A stretch of DNA of 64,000 nt from Trichinella spiralis (taxonomy: Eukaryota). This document shows, one piece after another, positions 12,267 through 38,974 of this stretch; positions within the stretch are counted from its first letter, which is position 1, and each line of letters opens with the position of its first letter. The stretch is taken from contig NW_003526941.1 of assembly GCF_000181795.1 (NCBI RefSeq), positions 2,199,376 through 2,263,375 on the forward strand, written 5' to 3'. The position numbers and the translations under genes were made by a program. A model generated the notes under the pieces. That model had not been told where the DNA came from. It was given only the letters and a program-made list of their open reading frames with translations, and made no database searches.

Positions 12267-15200
12267 TCATAAAATTACAATTGTCGAACTGCTTCGATAC
12301 GGTTGGGAACGATTCTTGGCCCGCATTTTTGCCAGTGAATTTTCCGCCACATCGGCTCGCTCTTCGGCATCCTGCAACTGATGCTGAAGCTGACGATATT
12401 TCGACAAATTCAACGACGCAAGTTGTTCCTAGAAATTAACATGAATGCATTGAATTGAATCGAATTAAATAACAAAAACAAATGCTAATAAATAAAAAGC
12501 AACAATTCACCGTTTCCTCAATCTGACGTTTGTATGTTTTCACTTTGTTTTGCAGTTTATCAATAAGTTCATGAAGACGGTCTTCGTTCTTCTTCGTCTC
12601 ATCCACCTAGTCACATATATAAAATTATTGTCATTTAAAATTTAGTGGTCATTATTTAAAAGGAAAAAAAATCACACTGCTAAACTTTTCCATCTCTTTA
12701 CATTACATCACAATTCACACAATTGCAACTACAATACGAAAAGAAAAAATTTGACACCTACTTGATACTGTAATTCTTTTACTTGACGTTCAGATTTTCG
12801 TCGATTTTTTTCAGATTCTTGATATTTCTTCTGATTAATATCCAATTCCATTTCCAAATCGCGTATCTGAAAACAAAATTGAAATTTGTCGAAAAAAATT
12901 ACACAAATGTCTCATTGTAAAATGAGCGTCGAAAATAAATAATATTTCAATATTGTACACGATGATGTAATTGTTCCACTGAAACACCAATCGAGCGAGG
13001 GGTTCGTTTTTACCTTATTTTCCAACTTTTGAGAATATTTCTTATTTCCTTTCAAAACTGACAATTCAGCTTCTTCCAAACCGCTTTGCATATCCTGCAT
13101 TTAATACATTTCTGCATAGCTCTCTGGTTGTTTGAAAGCTTGGCTTGAATATACAAACCTTAATTTGCTGCTCAAGAGATTTGTTTCTCTGTTCCAAAAT
13201 TTGACAGTGATCCTGCTCTTGCTTAAGCTCATCTGACAATCGGACGGCCTCTAAAGTCGCTTTTCTAGATTTCTCTTCATTCACTTTCGACGATTCCATC
13301 ATTTCTTCCATTTCAGACTAAAAAGAAAACCGAACATTTTACAAAATTTAAAACGGTATACTTTCGGTTGGAGAAAATCACGCGGTATGCAGTGGAAAAA
13401 GAGAAAAAGATGGCAATGTCGAACAAACATACTTGGAGCAGTTGATATTCTGCCTCCAATTTTCGTCTGTTCACTATTGCAGCGTTCAATTGGACAATAA
13501 GATCGTTCACTTGCTCTTTAGCTTGATGAACTTCATGCGATGCATTGCGCCTAGCCCGATCACTTCCTTCCAACATTGCAGTCAGCTCTTCCTTTTCGGC
13601 GCACAAAGCATGGCACTTACGTTCCACTGACTCGCATTTCTCTTTCATTTCATTGCTAAAAATATTAATTAATTCTTATTTTATTTCTTTTTCAAACTTT
13701 CACACAAAATCTCAAACTCACCGCAACCTTTGTTCTTCGTCAATTTGTGCTTGCAATTCCCTTATTTGCTCTTGATAACGCTTGATCAAACGTTGGGCTT
13801 CCACGTTGCCTTTGGCAGCGTGGTCAAGCGCTATTTCCAAATCATTAATGTCGGATTCCAACTTTTTCTTTGCTTTCATCAATTCCATTCGTCCTCTACT
13901 TTCCGCCTCAAGCGTCGCCTGCACGGATTCCAAAGCTTTCGCGTGATTCCTTCTAAAATCATTCAATCGGTTCAACTGTACATATGCATTTACTTTTTTC
14001 TAATGTTGAAATTCCATCGTCCATCGCAAATCGAACAAACAAATTCACTGTAAAACTTGCATACCGGACATTTTCGAATTCTTCTTCTTTCTCTTGCAAA
14101 CGCTTTTCAACTTCCTGCTTCACTTGGACCAGTTCAATCTGATGACGCATCACTTTGTTCTCTTCGGTTTCCAAAGCTGATTCAGCTTCATCAAGCGCAT
14201 TCTGAATTGACCAATTAAGCACTGTTGTACAAAACCAAAGCACAATACAATCAATAAAAATACCTGAAGTTCTTCTTTTTCCATTTCCAGTCGGCGCCTG
14301 GTTTTCTGCACTTCATGGTAATTCTTGCCACCTTCGCCTAGTTGATCGTTTATCTCTTGGATTTCCTGTGCAAGCATCTTGTTCTCTCGACGAACAGCTT
14401 CTTCCTATAATGAAAAATAATTATTTAAGTCAAAAAAAAGAGAAAATCAGTATTCAACGCCGACTGTCATTTTACCCGATCCGTAGCTTCTTCTAGTGCT
14501 TGACGCAATTTGTACAATTCTGTCACAACTGCTTTATTTTCACGTTGACTGGCGTCCAATTCTGCTGATAAATCATCGCATTTTTGTTTCCATTCATCTA
14601 AAATTTTGTCAAACCCACGCTGCTTTCTTTCCAGTGATTGGGCATACCCATTAGCCTAGAATGAATAAACCAATAATGGAAAATGTGCCGATAAATATAC
14701 ATATGCGCATAAACAGTAATGGAATAATAATAAGCAAAAAATACTTTACCCTTTCCGAATCAGTAACAGCATCTTCCAGTTCAGCAACAACTCGCTGTCG
14801 TAGCTTCTCAGCACTGTTAGCTTTCAAATTAGCCGCTTCAATTTCTTCTTGCATGCTTTGCAATTTGATAACGAGCTTCTTCCTTAATGAAGATTAATTA
14901 GACAATAGAGCATCGCTCACAACTTGTGGAAATGATTTTTTATTACTTGGCATCTTCCAATTCTTCGGTTTTTCGTAAACCTTCTTGCTCATACTTCGCT
15001 CGCCACTGTTGGGTTTCTGCGTTCGCTTTCGACAACATACGGTGCAATTCTGTTTTGATTTCAGCTTCTTCTTCAAGCTGCTCTTTAGCACTAGACAGTT
15101 CTTCTTGAACATTTCGCAGTTGTGAAGCAAAAGATTCACTTTGCTTAAATAATAATATTTTTTTAAAACTAAAAAAAGAAAACATTTTTCTCACTTTCAT

Positions 15201-18200
15201 TTCCTCTTCGCAGCTTTGTTTTGTGCGTTCCAGTTCAGCGGATAAAGTTTGCTTTGCACGCAACAAATTGTTCAACTGCACATCTTGCTCTTCGAGCTGC
15301 TTTTGCAAATCGGTGCTTTCGTTCACTAGTCGGGATTTTTGTAATTCCAATTCTTTCAACTGTCGAAGCGTCTCTTCGTGATTCGTCTGCAAATCAACCA
15401 ACTGCGCCTCCAAACTTTTCACCTGCTTTTCATGGACAGCTTTACTCTTGGTTTCAGAATCAACAGCCAAATGCAGTTCTTCAATTTCTTTCTGAAGAAC
15501 TGATTTTCCTTTCTCAAGCCTTCACGGATAATTTAAAAAAAAACGCGATTATGATAAATACGAGAAAAAAAAATAAGACAACATCCTCACTTGATTCTTG
15601 AATTTTGAAGAGCATTCAACTGTTCATTCAATTCAGCCACAGCGTCTGTATGCTTCTTCTTCAAGGAAGAAATTTGCGCCTCGTGAGCAAGCGCTGCTTC
15701 TTCTTGTTCTCGTTTCAATTTTGCAATCTCCGCCTCTCTCTTCTTATTCAATTCCATCTGAGCTTGAGAAGCACCGCCGGCTTCTTCCAACTGTTGCTGC
15801 AATTCGTCCATTTCATCTTGCAATTCTTTACGCCTTCTTTCAGTCTAATAAATTAATAACAGTACAAATTAACTCCTATTCATTTTCAACAACACTTTCT
15901 TAAACAAAAACACATACTTTGTTACGATTTTGCCTTTCCATGTTCAATTCTTCCTCGACTTCTGCAACTCGTACTTGTAAATCTTTCACAACCTTCTGTA
16001 GTCGCATGGCCGTTGATTGTTCATCTTCTAAAGTATGGTTCAAAACACTAATTTCGTCTTCTTTTCTAAATTAAAGAAAAGTAAACTTATGGAAATTCAA
16101 ACTGCAAAATTTTTAAAACACCAAAAAAGCCAACTAACTTCTTCACGTTCATTTCTAAATCTTGTTTCAGTTTCAAAATTTCTTCCATATTCTCTTGAGT
16201 CACTTTCAAATCACCATCCGTTTTTCGTTTCGCTTTCTCCAATTCTTGCCTCAAACGTTTTTCCCGTTCCAAAGCATCATGCGCTTCTTCCAATGAGTTT
16301 TCCAACTTTTTGTTCACCTTCTCAGCACTGACAACTTTATCCTCTACAGCATGCAAATCTTGCGTCAATTTCTGAACCTTGTCGTCGGATGCTTTTTTCT
16401 CTTTCGACAATTTCACATGTGCATCCTCTTGATGCAAAGCCGCATCTTTCAACGAACGCAACTGCATGTCCAACGACTGTTTGTCGGATTCATGCTTCTT
16501 AACCAAAAGTTCCAATTCGACTATTCTAGCTGTCAGTTTGTCCACTTCTTCTTGAAGCTTCTTCTTTGCTTTCTGTGTATTGGAATGCTGTTCTTCTGCC
16601 ATTTCCAACTTTTCATGAAGATTCTACAAAAAAACCAACAAAAACTTATTCGATCCAGACAAGTTATATTAAAATTCAAGCCACAAAACACAAGCAAAAC
16701 AAGCAGCACCTTATGCTGCTTATTCAAATCATCCATTTGAGAAGAGAGAGTTTTCGCTTTCTGCTCATATTCAGTCGAATTTGACTTTTCTGATTCCAAT
16801 TTCAAAATTAAATCACTTTTCTCTTTCAAAGCATTTGCCAATTGTGCTTCCATGTCCGCACAGCGTGCTTTTTCCGCCGATGATGCAGCTTCCAATTCCT
16901 GAAAGAACATCACTACTACACATTGCCAAAAAATGAAAATATGATAATTCTTACCTTTATTTTTGCTTGAATTTTTTCAAACTCTTCATGCTGCTTCGCC
17001 TGCGTCAACAGCGGTTTCACACGACCATACAGACGGAACCAGGGCCAGCTGCGCAGCTTCAACCACTTTCGAACGTTTTTCTGAATCAGCAACGATGCCT
17101 CGCTGAAACGCGACAGATTTTATGGAAACGACCGCCCAACAAAAGACAATTTCTTCCACTCAACACTTACTGCGCCTTTTTTCTGCGTCGACTGTCCAAT
17201 TTGGCCAAATAACTGCGGGCAGTAGCTTGCACGCCCACCATAATTTTGGACAACTCTTCATCGTGTAATTCTTCCAATCTTGCCAAAATACCAGCTTTGA
17301 AAAACACCTCAAACATATACAATGCGCAATACTTTATAATGCGCATGCAGTCCGTATAAATATTGCAAATTTCGCATTTTACCTTCGTAGCGCCAACTTG
17401 ATATTCTTCAGCTTTCAATACATCCTTCTGTTTCAGAGTATTTAAAATAGCTTCAGAACTTTTTTTCGGATCATCATATTTTTTAGCTTCGTCAGCAGCA
17501 AATATTGCGTAGCTGAAAATGAGAAGAGATTCAATTCAATACAACTGAAGAGAAAAAGAAAACAACCGTTCGAAGTTTTACCGCTGCTTGAAATCAGCAT
17601 AAACAAGCCGATTAGGATAACCTTTGCGACAGATTCTTATTCCTTCCAAAACTCCGTTGCAAGTGAGCTGATTCAGCACGAGACCAGCTTCGATAATTCC
17701 ACTTTTCTTGCTTTCATTTGGAATGATGCAGCGTATAAAATGCGGATGAGTGGCACGTAGCATGGACATCAAATTTCCAAGACTTTCCTAAACAAAAAAA
17801 AAGAAAAGAAAATACATCTTACCTCAGTAAACACAATTTGAAAATACAACACTGATAAAGATTTTGCAAGTGCAATTTTGTATAAGACGTTTTTACCCTG
17901 TACATCATAGAGACGGTGAGAAATGACGCAGCTTTGCCTTTCTTTTTACTAGGGGTAGTTTTCTTTTTGGCTAAATCTTCCTGAGTGAAATAATCAGCCC
18001 AAACTTCTGATAAAAGTTTATTGCCATCGGATGCTTTCAAAACGTTGACCACACTTTCATTAAGCGGATCTTTGTTCTTCTCCAGCCAACCGTTTGCATT
18101 GTAACGAACCGTTCCGGCGTAGTGGACAATGGAAAAATGCGCCTCGGATTGTTTGCCTTTTGGTGGTCGTGCTTTTTGAAAATTTGGATGCTTACCAAGG

Positions 18201-21200
18201 TGCTGATCGTTCAACTTTTGTACAAAAGTCATATCAGAAGCTTTCGGTACAATACATTCTTCATCCAACATTGAAATGATACCAAGTGGCTAAACATAAT
18301 AGAGATATGTTGCTTGAAAAATTGGTTAGTTATTGCTTACTTTTTCGATTAGCTGAATGCAAGCTTCCAAATCCAAACCGAAGTCGATAAATTCCCAAGC
18401 AATACCTTCAGATTTGTACTCTTCCTGTTCGAGTACAAACATGTGATGATTGAAATACTGTTGCAACTTTTCATTGACAAAATTGATCCAAAGTTGTTCA
18501 AATGAATTGAAATCGAAAATTTCAAATCCAGCGATATCCAACACGCCGATGAAAAACTTTCTACCCAATTCTTGTACATCGAGTGTTCGATTGCAGCGCA
18601 GTATTAGCCATCGAAACATTCTAGCGTAGATCGCTTTGCAAAGTGCGCCAACGCCCCAAGTGACCTGTGTGGAAAAAATTTGCCTTTCATTTTCACTTCG
18701 AAATAATAAAAGTCGAACAAAGCAGAAAGTGAAAAAACATACTTGTTCCAAATTTTGGCTTTTGTTCACCCATTCTGTTCCAACTTTCACTTTCGGTTTC
18801 AAAAGTGCTTTCAAAAATTCGTCACAATTCACGCACAACAATTTCGCCGCTAATTCAGCTTCTTAAAATCAAAACAATCACCAACTGCTTTATTACTAAT
18901 AAAATGCAAACCGCTTGCCTTCAGTTCCGTCGGTTTCAGCTTGTTCTTCTCTCGGTCTCTGTTTGAACTTCATTTCACCCATGTGCAAAATAGCGGCACA
19001 TAACTTGTACAAATTTTCCTTTTCACTGGGATCAAAATTCATTATATCAAATGCATCCTATAAATTTTTATTTTTAAAGTGCACAACTAAAGTGTAAAAC
19101 CATTTTTACTTTTGCAAAAAGAACACAACAATTAAAACCGATAATTGAACTTACATCAGTTATTTGCATTTCTTCTTTGTCATCGACACCGTCAATTGTA
19201 ATCTCCGCTTGAGAAATGAACTTATACTTGCGGATATCTTTGCTGAGAAATAACTTTTCTACAACACATGTGAAATGTATAAACGAGCAAATCAACAGGA
19301 TATTTTTCTTCAACTGAACCTTTCAATCCGGCAATTTTCCCGGACATAATTTGATAAAAGATATGAAAGCAGCGTTCACCTTGCGCTTGTTTGATAACTC
19401 TTGACTTTTCTAATAAATCTGACATAAAAAAATCGAAAGCATATGAAAAATTAATAAACATTGTAATATTTTCTTCATACAGTGTTCAATGTCGGCACCG
19501 GCAAGTTTGCCGTGTCCGTTGAAATGGATGCGAATGAATTTTCCAAATCTGGATGAATTGTTATTGCGAACCGTCTTCGCATTGCCAAAAGCTTCTAGTA
19601 CGGGATTCGTTTGCACAATCTGCTCCTCAAGTGAAGCCTACGGGCAAAGTAATTAAATATTTAAATAAAATTAAATAAAAACCCTTTTATTCGCATAATT
19701 CAATCAATACTCGTTTCTTTCCATCTTTTTCCTTGTTAGCATGTGTAGAGCAGATAACGGCAAAATATGAGATAACCTTTTTTGTATTTTCTGTTTTTCC
19801 TGCTCCAGATTCACCAGTGATCAGCATGCTTTGATTTCCGCGATCTATACAGTCAACTTACTTCAATGTACATAAATATGCGGATTCTATATTCTATATT
19901 TTATCACAGTTGAAAAACGTTCGATAAGTAATGAACATTTTCAATTCATATGTATTCGAAGAATTTATAAAATAGCAAATCAAATGCTCACCTTGCATCA
20001 TGTTACGATAAGCTTCATCTGCAACGGCGAACAAATGAGGCGGCATTTCGTTCCGTCGTTTACACTGGTACATGTGCACCACAGATTCGCCATAAATTGG
20101 CAAACGTTTATACGGGTTAATTACAACGCAAAATAAGCCCGAATAAGTCTGAACAAATAAATCGCATTTGACGAGCACAATAAACAAAAAAATTACATTA
20201 GCCTTTCCAAACAATTCTGCTTACATAAATTAGCATGGAATAGTAACGTTGCCGAAGATTGTGCAAAACGCTGGCATCGTTTAAAAATGTCAAATTGGAC
20301 ATGTCTTCTGTTCTGTCGAATTTCGGAGGATTCATCTCTTGGGTTTCTTCTTTTCTGACAGTTTTCTTAACATAATTTAAAATTTACTCATTGGCAATTG
20401 TGTCAGCAAAATTTCATTTCTGCTATTTAAGATTCAATCAATCACCTCCACGCCTTTTTCCGTAATAACGACCAACTGATCCACTTTGGTGGACTTGATC
20501 TCCGCTGCAATGTAGCCTTCTTGGGCATCTGGAATCCAGCATGACTTTTTGCTGTCGTACTTTTTTGCCTTTGACTACATACATACATACATGAATGCAT
20601 CAGTAATTTTCAACAAAAATTTATGCAAATTGACGTCATTTATATATATATATATTTACACATTCGTCAGTGTTGTGATCATATATTTTGGGAAAATTAA
20701 AGAAGATATTGAAATTACTGACAATAAATAATAAAGGTTAACTTTTAAACAAAACTTTTAAAAAGTAATTTTTTTAACTTGCGTATTACTGTACTCAATA
20801 ATAAAAAGTAAGTACATGCATTAATGTTTGTTTGATGTGTTAAATAATAAAAATATATATGCTTATTGAGTGAAAATGAAAAAGCTTTTTTTAATTAATA
20901 AATCTATTTTAAAAGTTTTAAGTTTACTGTCAATTAACGGCTGAACATTTGAAACACGAAACGTAGTACAGAGTTCGAAGAAAATTGCATTCACTTTCGC
21001 ATAGAATGCTGCTGGCTGCGCTTTTAAATTTAGATTAGAAAACAATTCTCTTTGCTTTTATTTCTTCTACCCGTCAGAAAGGCTGGTAAGAAAGCATTTA
21101 CAACTTATTTTTGAAATTTTCAAGAGTATTTTGCTTTTCTTGAAATACTATTGCTTTTCATTTGATTTACAATAATAAAAGATGAGAAAAATTAGTGGTA

Positions 21201-21498
21201 CAAATATTCTGTTATGTGTAAACATCGAGCAGAATAATTAAGTCGTTATTTAATCGGTGATACTTATTATTTCGCGACTGAGTAAACGAAAATAGTATAC
21301 GCAGGATAGAGCTATATGGGAGGGGGGAGGAGAGGGGTAGAATTTGATGACAGTCATTATTATACCTAAGCGCTAGCGGCTTTTATCATCAAAAAGTAAA
21401 TATTAATAATGTTAAAAGAAAAATAAGAATAATTTTACCAAGTCGACAGGTTGTCGTAAAAATTTCCAAGCAGGATCTTTTTCATAAACAGACGCCAT
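12267..21498 (-). CDS. Muscle myosin II heavy chain (motor, IQ and coiled-coil rod), many short introns
   Basis: Exon 1 at 21439-21498 reads [20 protein letters not shown]. The P-loop [17 protein letters not shown] is near 19780-19826. Other motor motifs are [40 protein letters not shown] and [21 protein letters not shown], followed by [14 protein letters not shown] and a heptad rod ([42 protein letters not shown]). The 3' end is either the TGA at 12267-12269 or a further small exon. The paralogue (unc-54 vs myo-3 type) cannot be assigned by eye. Confidence 0.96.
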
Positions 21499-22275
21499 GT
21501 TGTGATACTTTTTTATGAAGAAATTTCAAAAGAAAAAGAATACTTAATTGGACGTATTTTGTAGCAATTTATGATAAGAGTAAAAAAGCAAAAAATGAAA
21601 GAATGATGCAGAGTCAAAAGTGGTGAAGAACAGCAGCGGTGATGCTTGCATCCAAACAGTGCAACCAACAGAACAGACACTCGCGACACGTTGAACCGAA
21701 ACTCAACTTCGCAACTACGGATAGCTAGCCAACTAGCTGAACTGGACTAAATTTACCCTGTGCTGTGTGCTTTATTGAAAAATTTCAAATGCAATAAACA
21801 ATACGCAGACGCAAGCGCACACAAACACAAACACATATACACGAGTGTTGAGCTCATCCGGTTCAGTGAAACGGCGGTGCATGCGGTTCGCCGAATCGTT
21901 CCCCACGGGCATGTTCGTCATTTTGAACAGCAGAGCCGCAGAAACTGGATTAGCAGCACATTCTTCCGCCAGCTATTATTTGCACTGGGCCGGGCATAGC
22001 TTTGCAAGAGTCGTTCAGCTCGGCTAATGGACGAACAACTAAATATTCAGAAGAACACTTGTAAAACGCTCGGCGCCTTAAAACCAGCAGCAACAAGCAG
22101 CCAGCATTGCTGAGGCTCAATCAAGCCGGAAAACAGTGCTTTAAGCTTTTTTCTTTCTCTTCTCAACGCTGTAGCAAATCGGTAACAATTTAGACGGCCA
22201 ATCAACAGCAAACCAGCCGGTCAGCCAAGCAACATGCTTCATTACAACCAGAAACTTTGCAAAAGTTTGCACTTG

Positions 22276-22276
<1 letters not shown>

Positions 22277-22306
<30 letters not shown>

Positions 22307-22332
22307 GCAGTAATAATAATAATAATAATAAT
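22277..22332. repeat. (AAC)n-(AAT)n compound trinucleotide repeat
   Basis: Visible repeat between the myosin 5' end and the ALK 3' end. Confidence 0.9.
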
Positions 22333-22996
22333 GCATCTTTTAATTTTAAAATACACTTTAACCAAACAACAAGAACATATTTAATCAATTATTTATTCCA
22401 TTTCTTTTTTTAATGCAATTCAAAAATAATAAATACACTTATGATTTTCAACAACTGCAATGAACTGCTCTTTCGAACAATAAATAAAGAAACATAGAAC
22501 AAATAAATAAAAAATTAATTTTTCAAAATACAACAAATGGCCAATAAATTGGATATAGAAAATTTAAGCTTCTGAAAATTCATTTGTTTCAATGTTTCAC
22601 CTGAAAGACGAACAACAGCTTTGTTAACAAAAATCAAGAAAACAGATGATGATTACTGCTTTACAAAAGTTTTCAGTTTGGCAGTTTTACCAAGCATTGT
22701 AGAAAAATGTTATCAATAATACAAATTGGACGTACAAGTTTTATGCAAATTGAGCATGTGATGAAGAAGAACAAAATTATACGTGTATTCGCGGTCAAAG
22801 AAATCTGAACAAGAATAAAACACCGTTGACCAGAGTAGTTAGCTGCTAGAAAGCTTTTGTAATTGAATGGACGCATTACAATTGTTGTGCAGTGAAATAG
22901 AAAAGGTAAAACTCATTCCCGTTTATGTCTGAAAAGATGCGCAGCACCTTCGGCTATTGAATTAGCATTGAAAAATGTGAAACAGTTTTTCAATCG

Positions 22997-35401
<12,405 letters not shown>

Positions 35402-35557
35402 TTCTACAAGTCCGGCCGACTAAAATGCAAAAGCCTGCATACGGGTTAAGTAAGGAAGCTCAAAGGCGCGAGCGACGACGCTGTGTTGCCGCCAGACGGT
35501 GGCGGTGCCGCAACTTTGCCTCCAACCAACCGACCAATAGCACTTTTTCACTTCAAA

Positions 35558-35559
<2 letters not shown>

Positions 35560-35588
<29 letters not shown>
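35560..35588. repeat. (CT)n / GAGA microsatellite upstream of the ALK start codon
   Basis: Perfect CT run about 160 nt upstream of the ATG. Confidence 0.9.
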
Positions 35589-35593
<5 letters not shown>

Positions 35594-38500
35594 ATTATCC
35601 GATGCCCCCCTCCCCTCCGCCTCTAAGCCTCCCTTTCTTCCCTTCGACATGCTTCTCATTCATCAGCCTCAACGTGTAGCACTTTTGCTCTTTCTTCAAA
35701 ATTCACAACGTACCTATGCGATCCTGGCAGGGGCCGCTTTGTTCACAATTGTTGCCGTTTGTCACTGAAACGCGTGCCGGCAATGATAAAATTCCAACGC
35801 ATCAGTTGCGGCCCAAAATTAATCACTACTTTCACAATGCAGTGTCCGTTTCCGGTAGACAGTATGAAATTTAAAATTAACGAATGCATAATTTTATAAA
35901 TTTGAAAAATAACTAAAAAAATGAAATTTTCAAAGCTTCATCAAAAGATGTGTATTGGGAAAAAAAGAAGAAGAAGAAGCGAGGCTCAGAGAAAATTGAT
36001 CGGCTACAAGGCAGTTAATTGACTTCAAATTGGTCCCTGGTCAACGCTACCGATGGTTATGATCAATACGACAGTGTAAAAGCATTCGGGCACCTTTTTA
36101 ATATAATGATGATGATGTACGCGTATGTAGTAGTTCAGTTAGCTGCTAATTCTAATTGTTGTTAGCCGTTGCTTTCTCTCAATGGTGTTGCGAAGTGACG
36201 GAAGAAAAATGAACAACAGAAACAACACAACAACAATAAATGTCCACAGCTGTTCGACATTCAGAGAGAGCTTCTTGCTGCATGCCGCAGTTGCAGGACT
36301 TGAAGCTGTCAAATGCCTCAACAATGGCGGCACGTTCGAAAAAGCAGGAAATGCACCCACGTATAATAATACACTCTCTATATATGTTTGTGCAGCGTAT
36401 CTCTGCTTGGTCGTGACAATTTACACTTACAACCTATTAATGTTGTTGGAATGAAACAGAAAATGGCAACTTGTTAATTTTCATGCAGAACAAAACATCG
36501 AACAAATTTTACACGACTGTTGCAAAATTTCTTATTTAAAACAAAATCACACATAAATAAATTGACTGATCAAAATGCACTTTTACAAAATGTATAAAAC
36601 AGAAACGAACAATGCATTATATGAAAAGTAGAAAAGCTAAAGAATATTGCTGTTGCGACATTTCCAATATTTTGCCTTTCGCTACATTTTGATTGTTTTA
36701 AATCAAAAACTCCAGATAAGTTTAATAAAAGTTATTATTAAAAAAGAACGAAAATAACCGAATAAAATAGCCAACAGACGACAGTCTGCAAAAATACTGC
36801 TCGGATGAACAATTTATAGTCGAGATAAGTTATTTTTTTCATTTGCATTGAAGATTTATCAAAATAGCATGAATTTAAAAATTATCTGCGCAAGTTTCAA
36901 CAAAATGTTACACCACGTTTATCCGTAATTTGATCAAAGCTGACCTTTCCCACGCCTAGTGAATTGAAATTTACTTTTTCCTAAACAACGTTTTCTCTGG
37001 CGCAGCTTATCATGCAGCAATTTTGCATTGATATTAAAGTAAAAGGCAACAACGTGACGCAAAACATCATCGTTAATACATTCGATAGGCAAATTTAATC
37101 AGGTTACTGGAAAATTCTTTTCAAAATCTACCACTTTTGTGCAGCACCAATAAATTTAAATTTCATAAATAAATATCCTACTTTCTATTTATTGATAATG
37201 CCAACTTTGGAAATTTAAAAAATTATAAGTTCATCCAAAAAATCAATTTTATACTTTTCACCAAATTCATCCAACTTGATAGTACAGTCCTGTAAAATTC
37301 ACTTATCTATATTATTTATCTGTAAATTGATTCCCTGCGCGTCATATTACGGTATGCGTTAGGCTTGTTCAACCATTCAGATATGCAAAGATTTTACCCA
37401 CGTTAAAGTTCAACAAAAGCAACTTTGAATAAGAACAAAAATATCAACTCACCACATTGTTGAGCGCAAAATTTCAGTGCGCAAAGTCGCTCTGCAGTGT
37501 ACGATTGGGGGGGGGAGGGATGACTTGGAATACAGATTCGAATACATGAACAACGTTTTCTCCACTGCTTTTCAAAATAACGCTCAGCATTGGTCCACAT
37601 TGTGATGGAGAAATTCTTCCACATGCTTTCAACCTTGTGAATTAGCCGTGATCGTTAAAGATGCCAAATTGACAATCATTATTGTCAATATATACACAAT
37701 TGACCATAGATCAGATGTATTTTGAAGATTTTTTCCACATAAACAACGGTCAATTTAATTTTGGTATATTCTGTCGCCCTGCAATCCACGACCACCACAG
37801 CATTGTTATTGACAATAAGCAACGACAAAAAAATTCATCCATCCATAAACTATACTGTTGCTTTTCCAGACGTACATTTTGTTTCTCAATTTGTAAATTC
37901 AAACCATTGCTGCATTCATGCCGTCCGAAAGCACTATCTGCAACTATATTGTAATATCGTGTAATTTTAGGCATCAATAACAATAAATAATAGAAAAGCT
38001 GATTTTCAAAAGAACTTCATTTTGCAAGACATTTCTCTGGTGAATATCAACAATCGAAATGAGAAACAATAATTAAATAAATCAGCTTCACCATGGTAAA
38101 AAACAACTAGATCAACATTAATTAAACATACAAAAGTAAAATATTAAAAATATATTAAATTTAAATAAATTAAAGATTTCTCATTCAAAAAAAGAATAAA
38201 ACAGTAAAACTCATCACAATTATACATTATTTCGATAAAGATTTCAAGCACGCACGATGCAGCACGCTAACAATATTTTGAAACAAAATAACTTACAAAA
38301 GAAGATTTTGATTAAACAAAAAATCTCACTTCATTTAAAAATGCAACATTAAAATAAAAAGACGCAGCAATGCACAATTAAAATCAACAAGTAGTGATTT
38401 CCATTTTCTGATGTTACACTGAAATGCATTTCAATTCAATGACGTCAAATTAAACTTTATTAATAATTTCAAGTGAAGTTTATTGCTCATCTGCCGGAAG

Positions 38501-38974
38501 GTTTTATTCAAACTCATTCTTTCTAATAATTTACAAGTATTCAAGAAATTAAAAATGCATTGCACTAAATTTCTATTGAAATCAGTCGCAACTTTTACTC
38601 AATTCTTCAAAATAAAAATTATTATGCCATTCAAAAATGATTGTACTTCTTTATCAATTCTCCACTTTCAATCAACGCTTAATTATGTTGTTTTCAACAG
38701 GAAAAACAAACTTGCACATTCAATGAATGAAAAATAGCCGAGATATTTCTACATGCATGTCTATAGATTTAGACGTATGTACATATAATGCATCTTCATA
38801 ATGTTCAATAACAAATAATCACACTAAAAAAGCTTAACTCAATCAATGTTCAGTAGAAGCTGTCCTTCAAAAGCACAATTTAAACTTGAAAGTCAAAAAG
38901 TACTGTAAAATAATATAATACAAGTGACATCACTTTTTAAGAAAGTTTGTACGTTGTGATTTACTGGTCAAATA

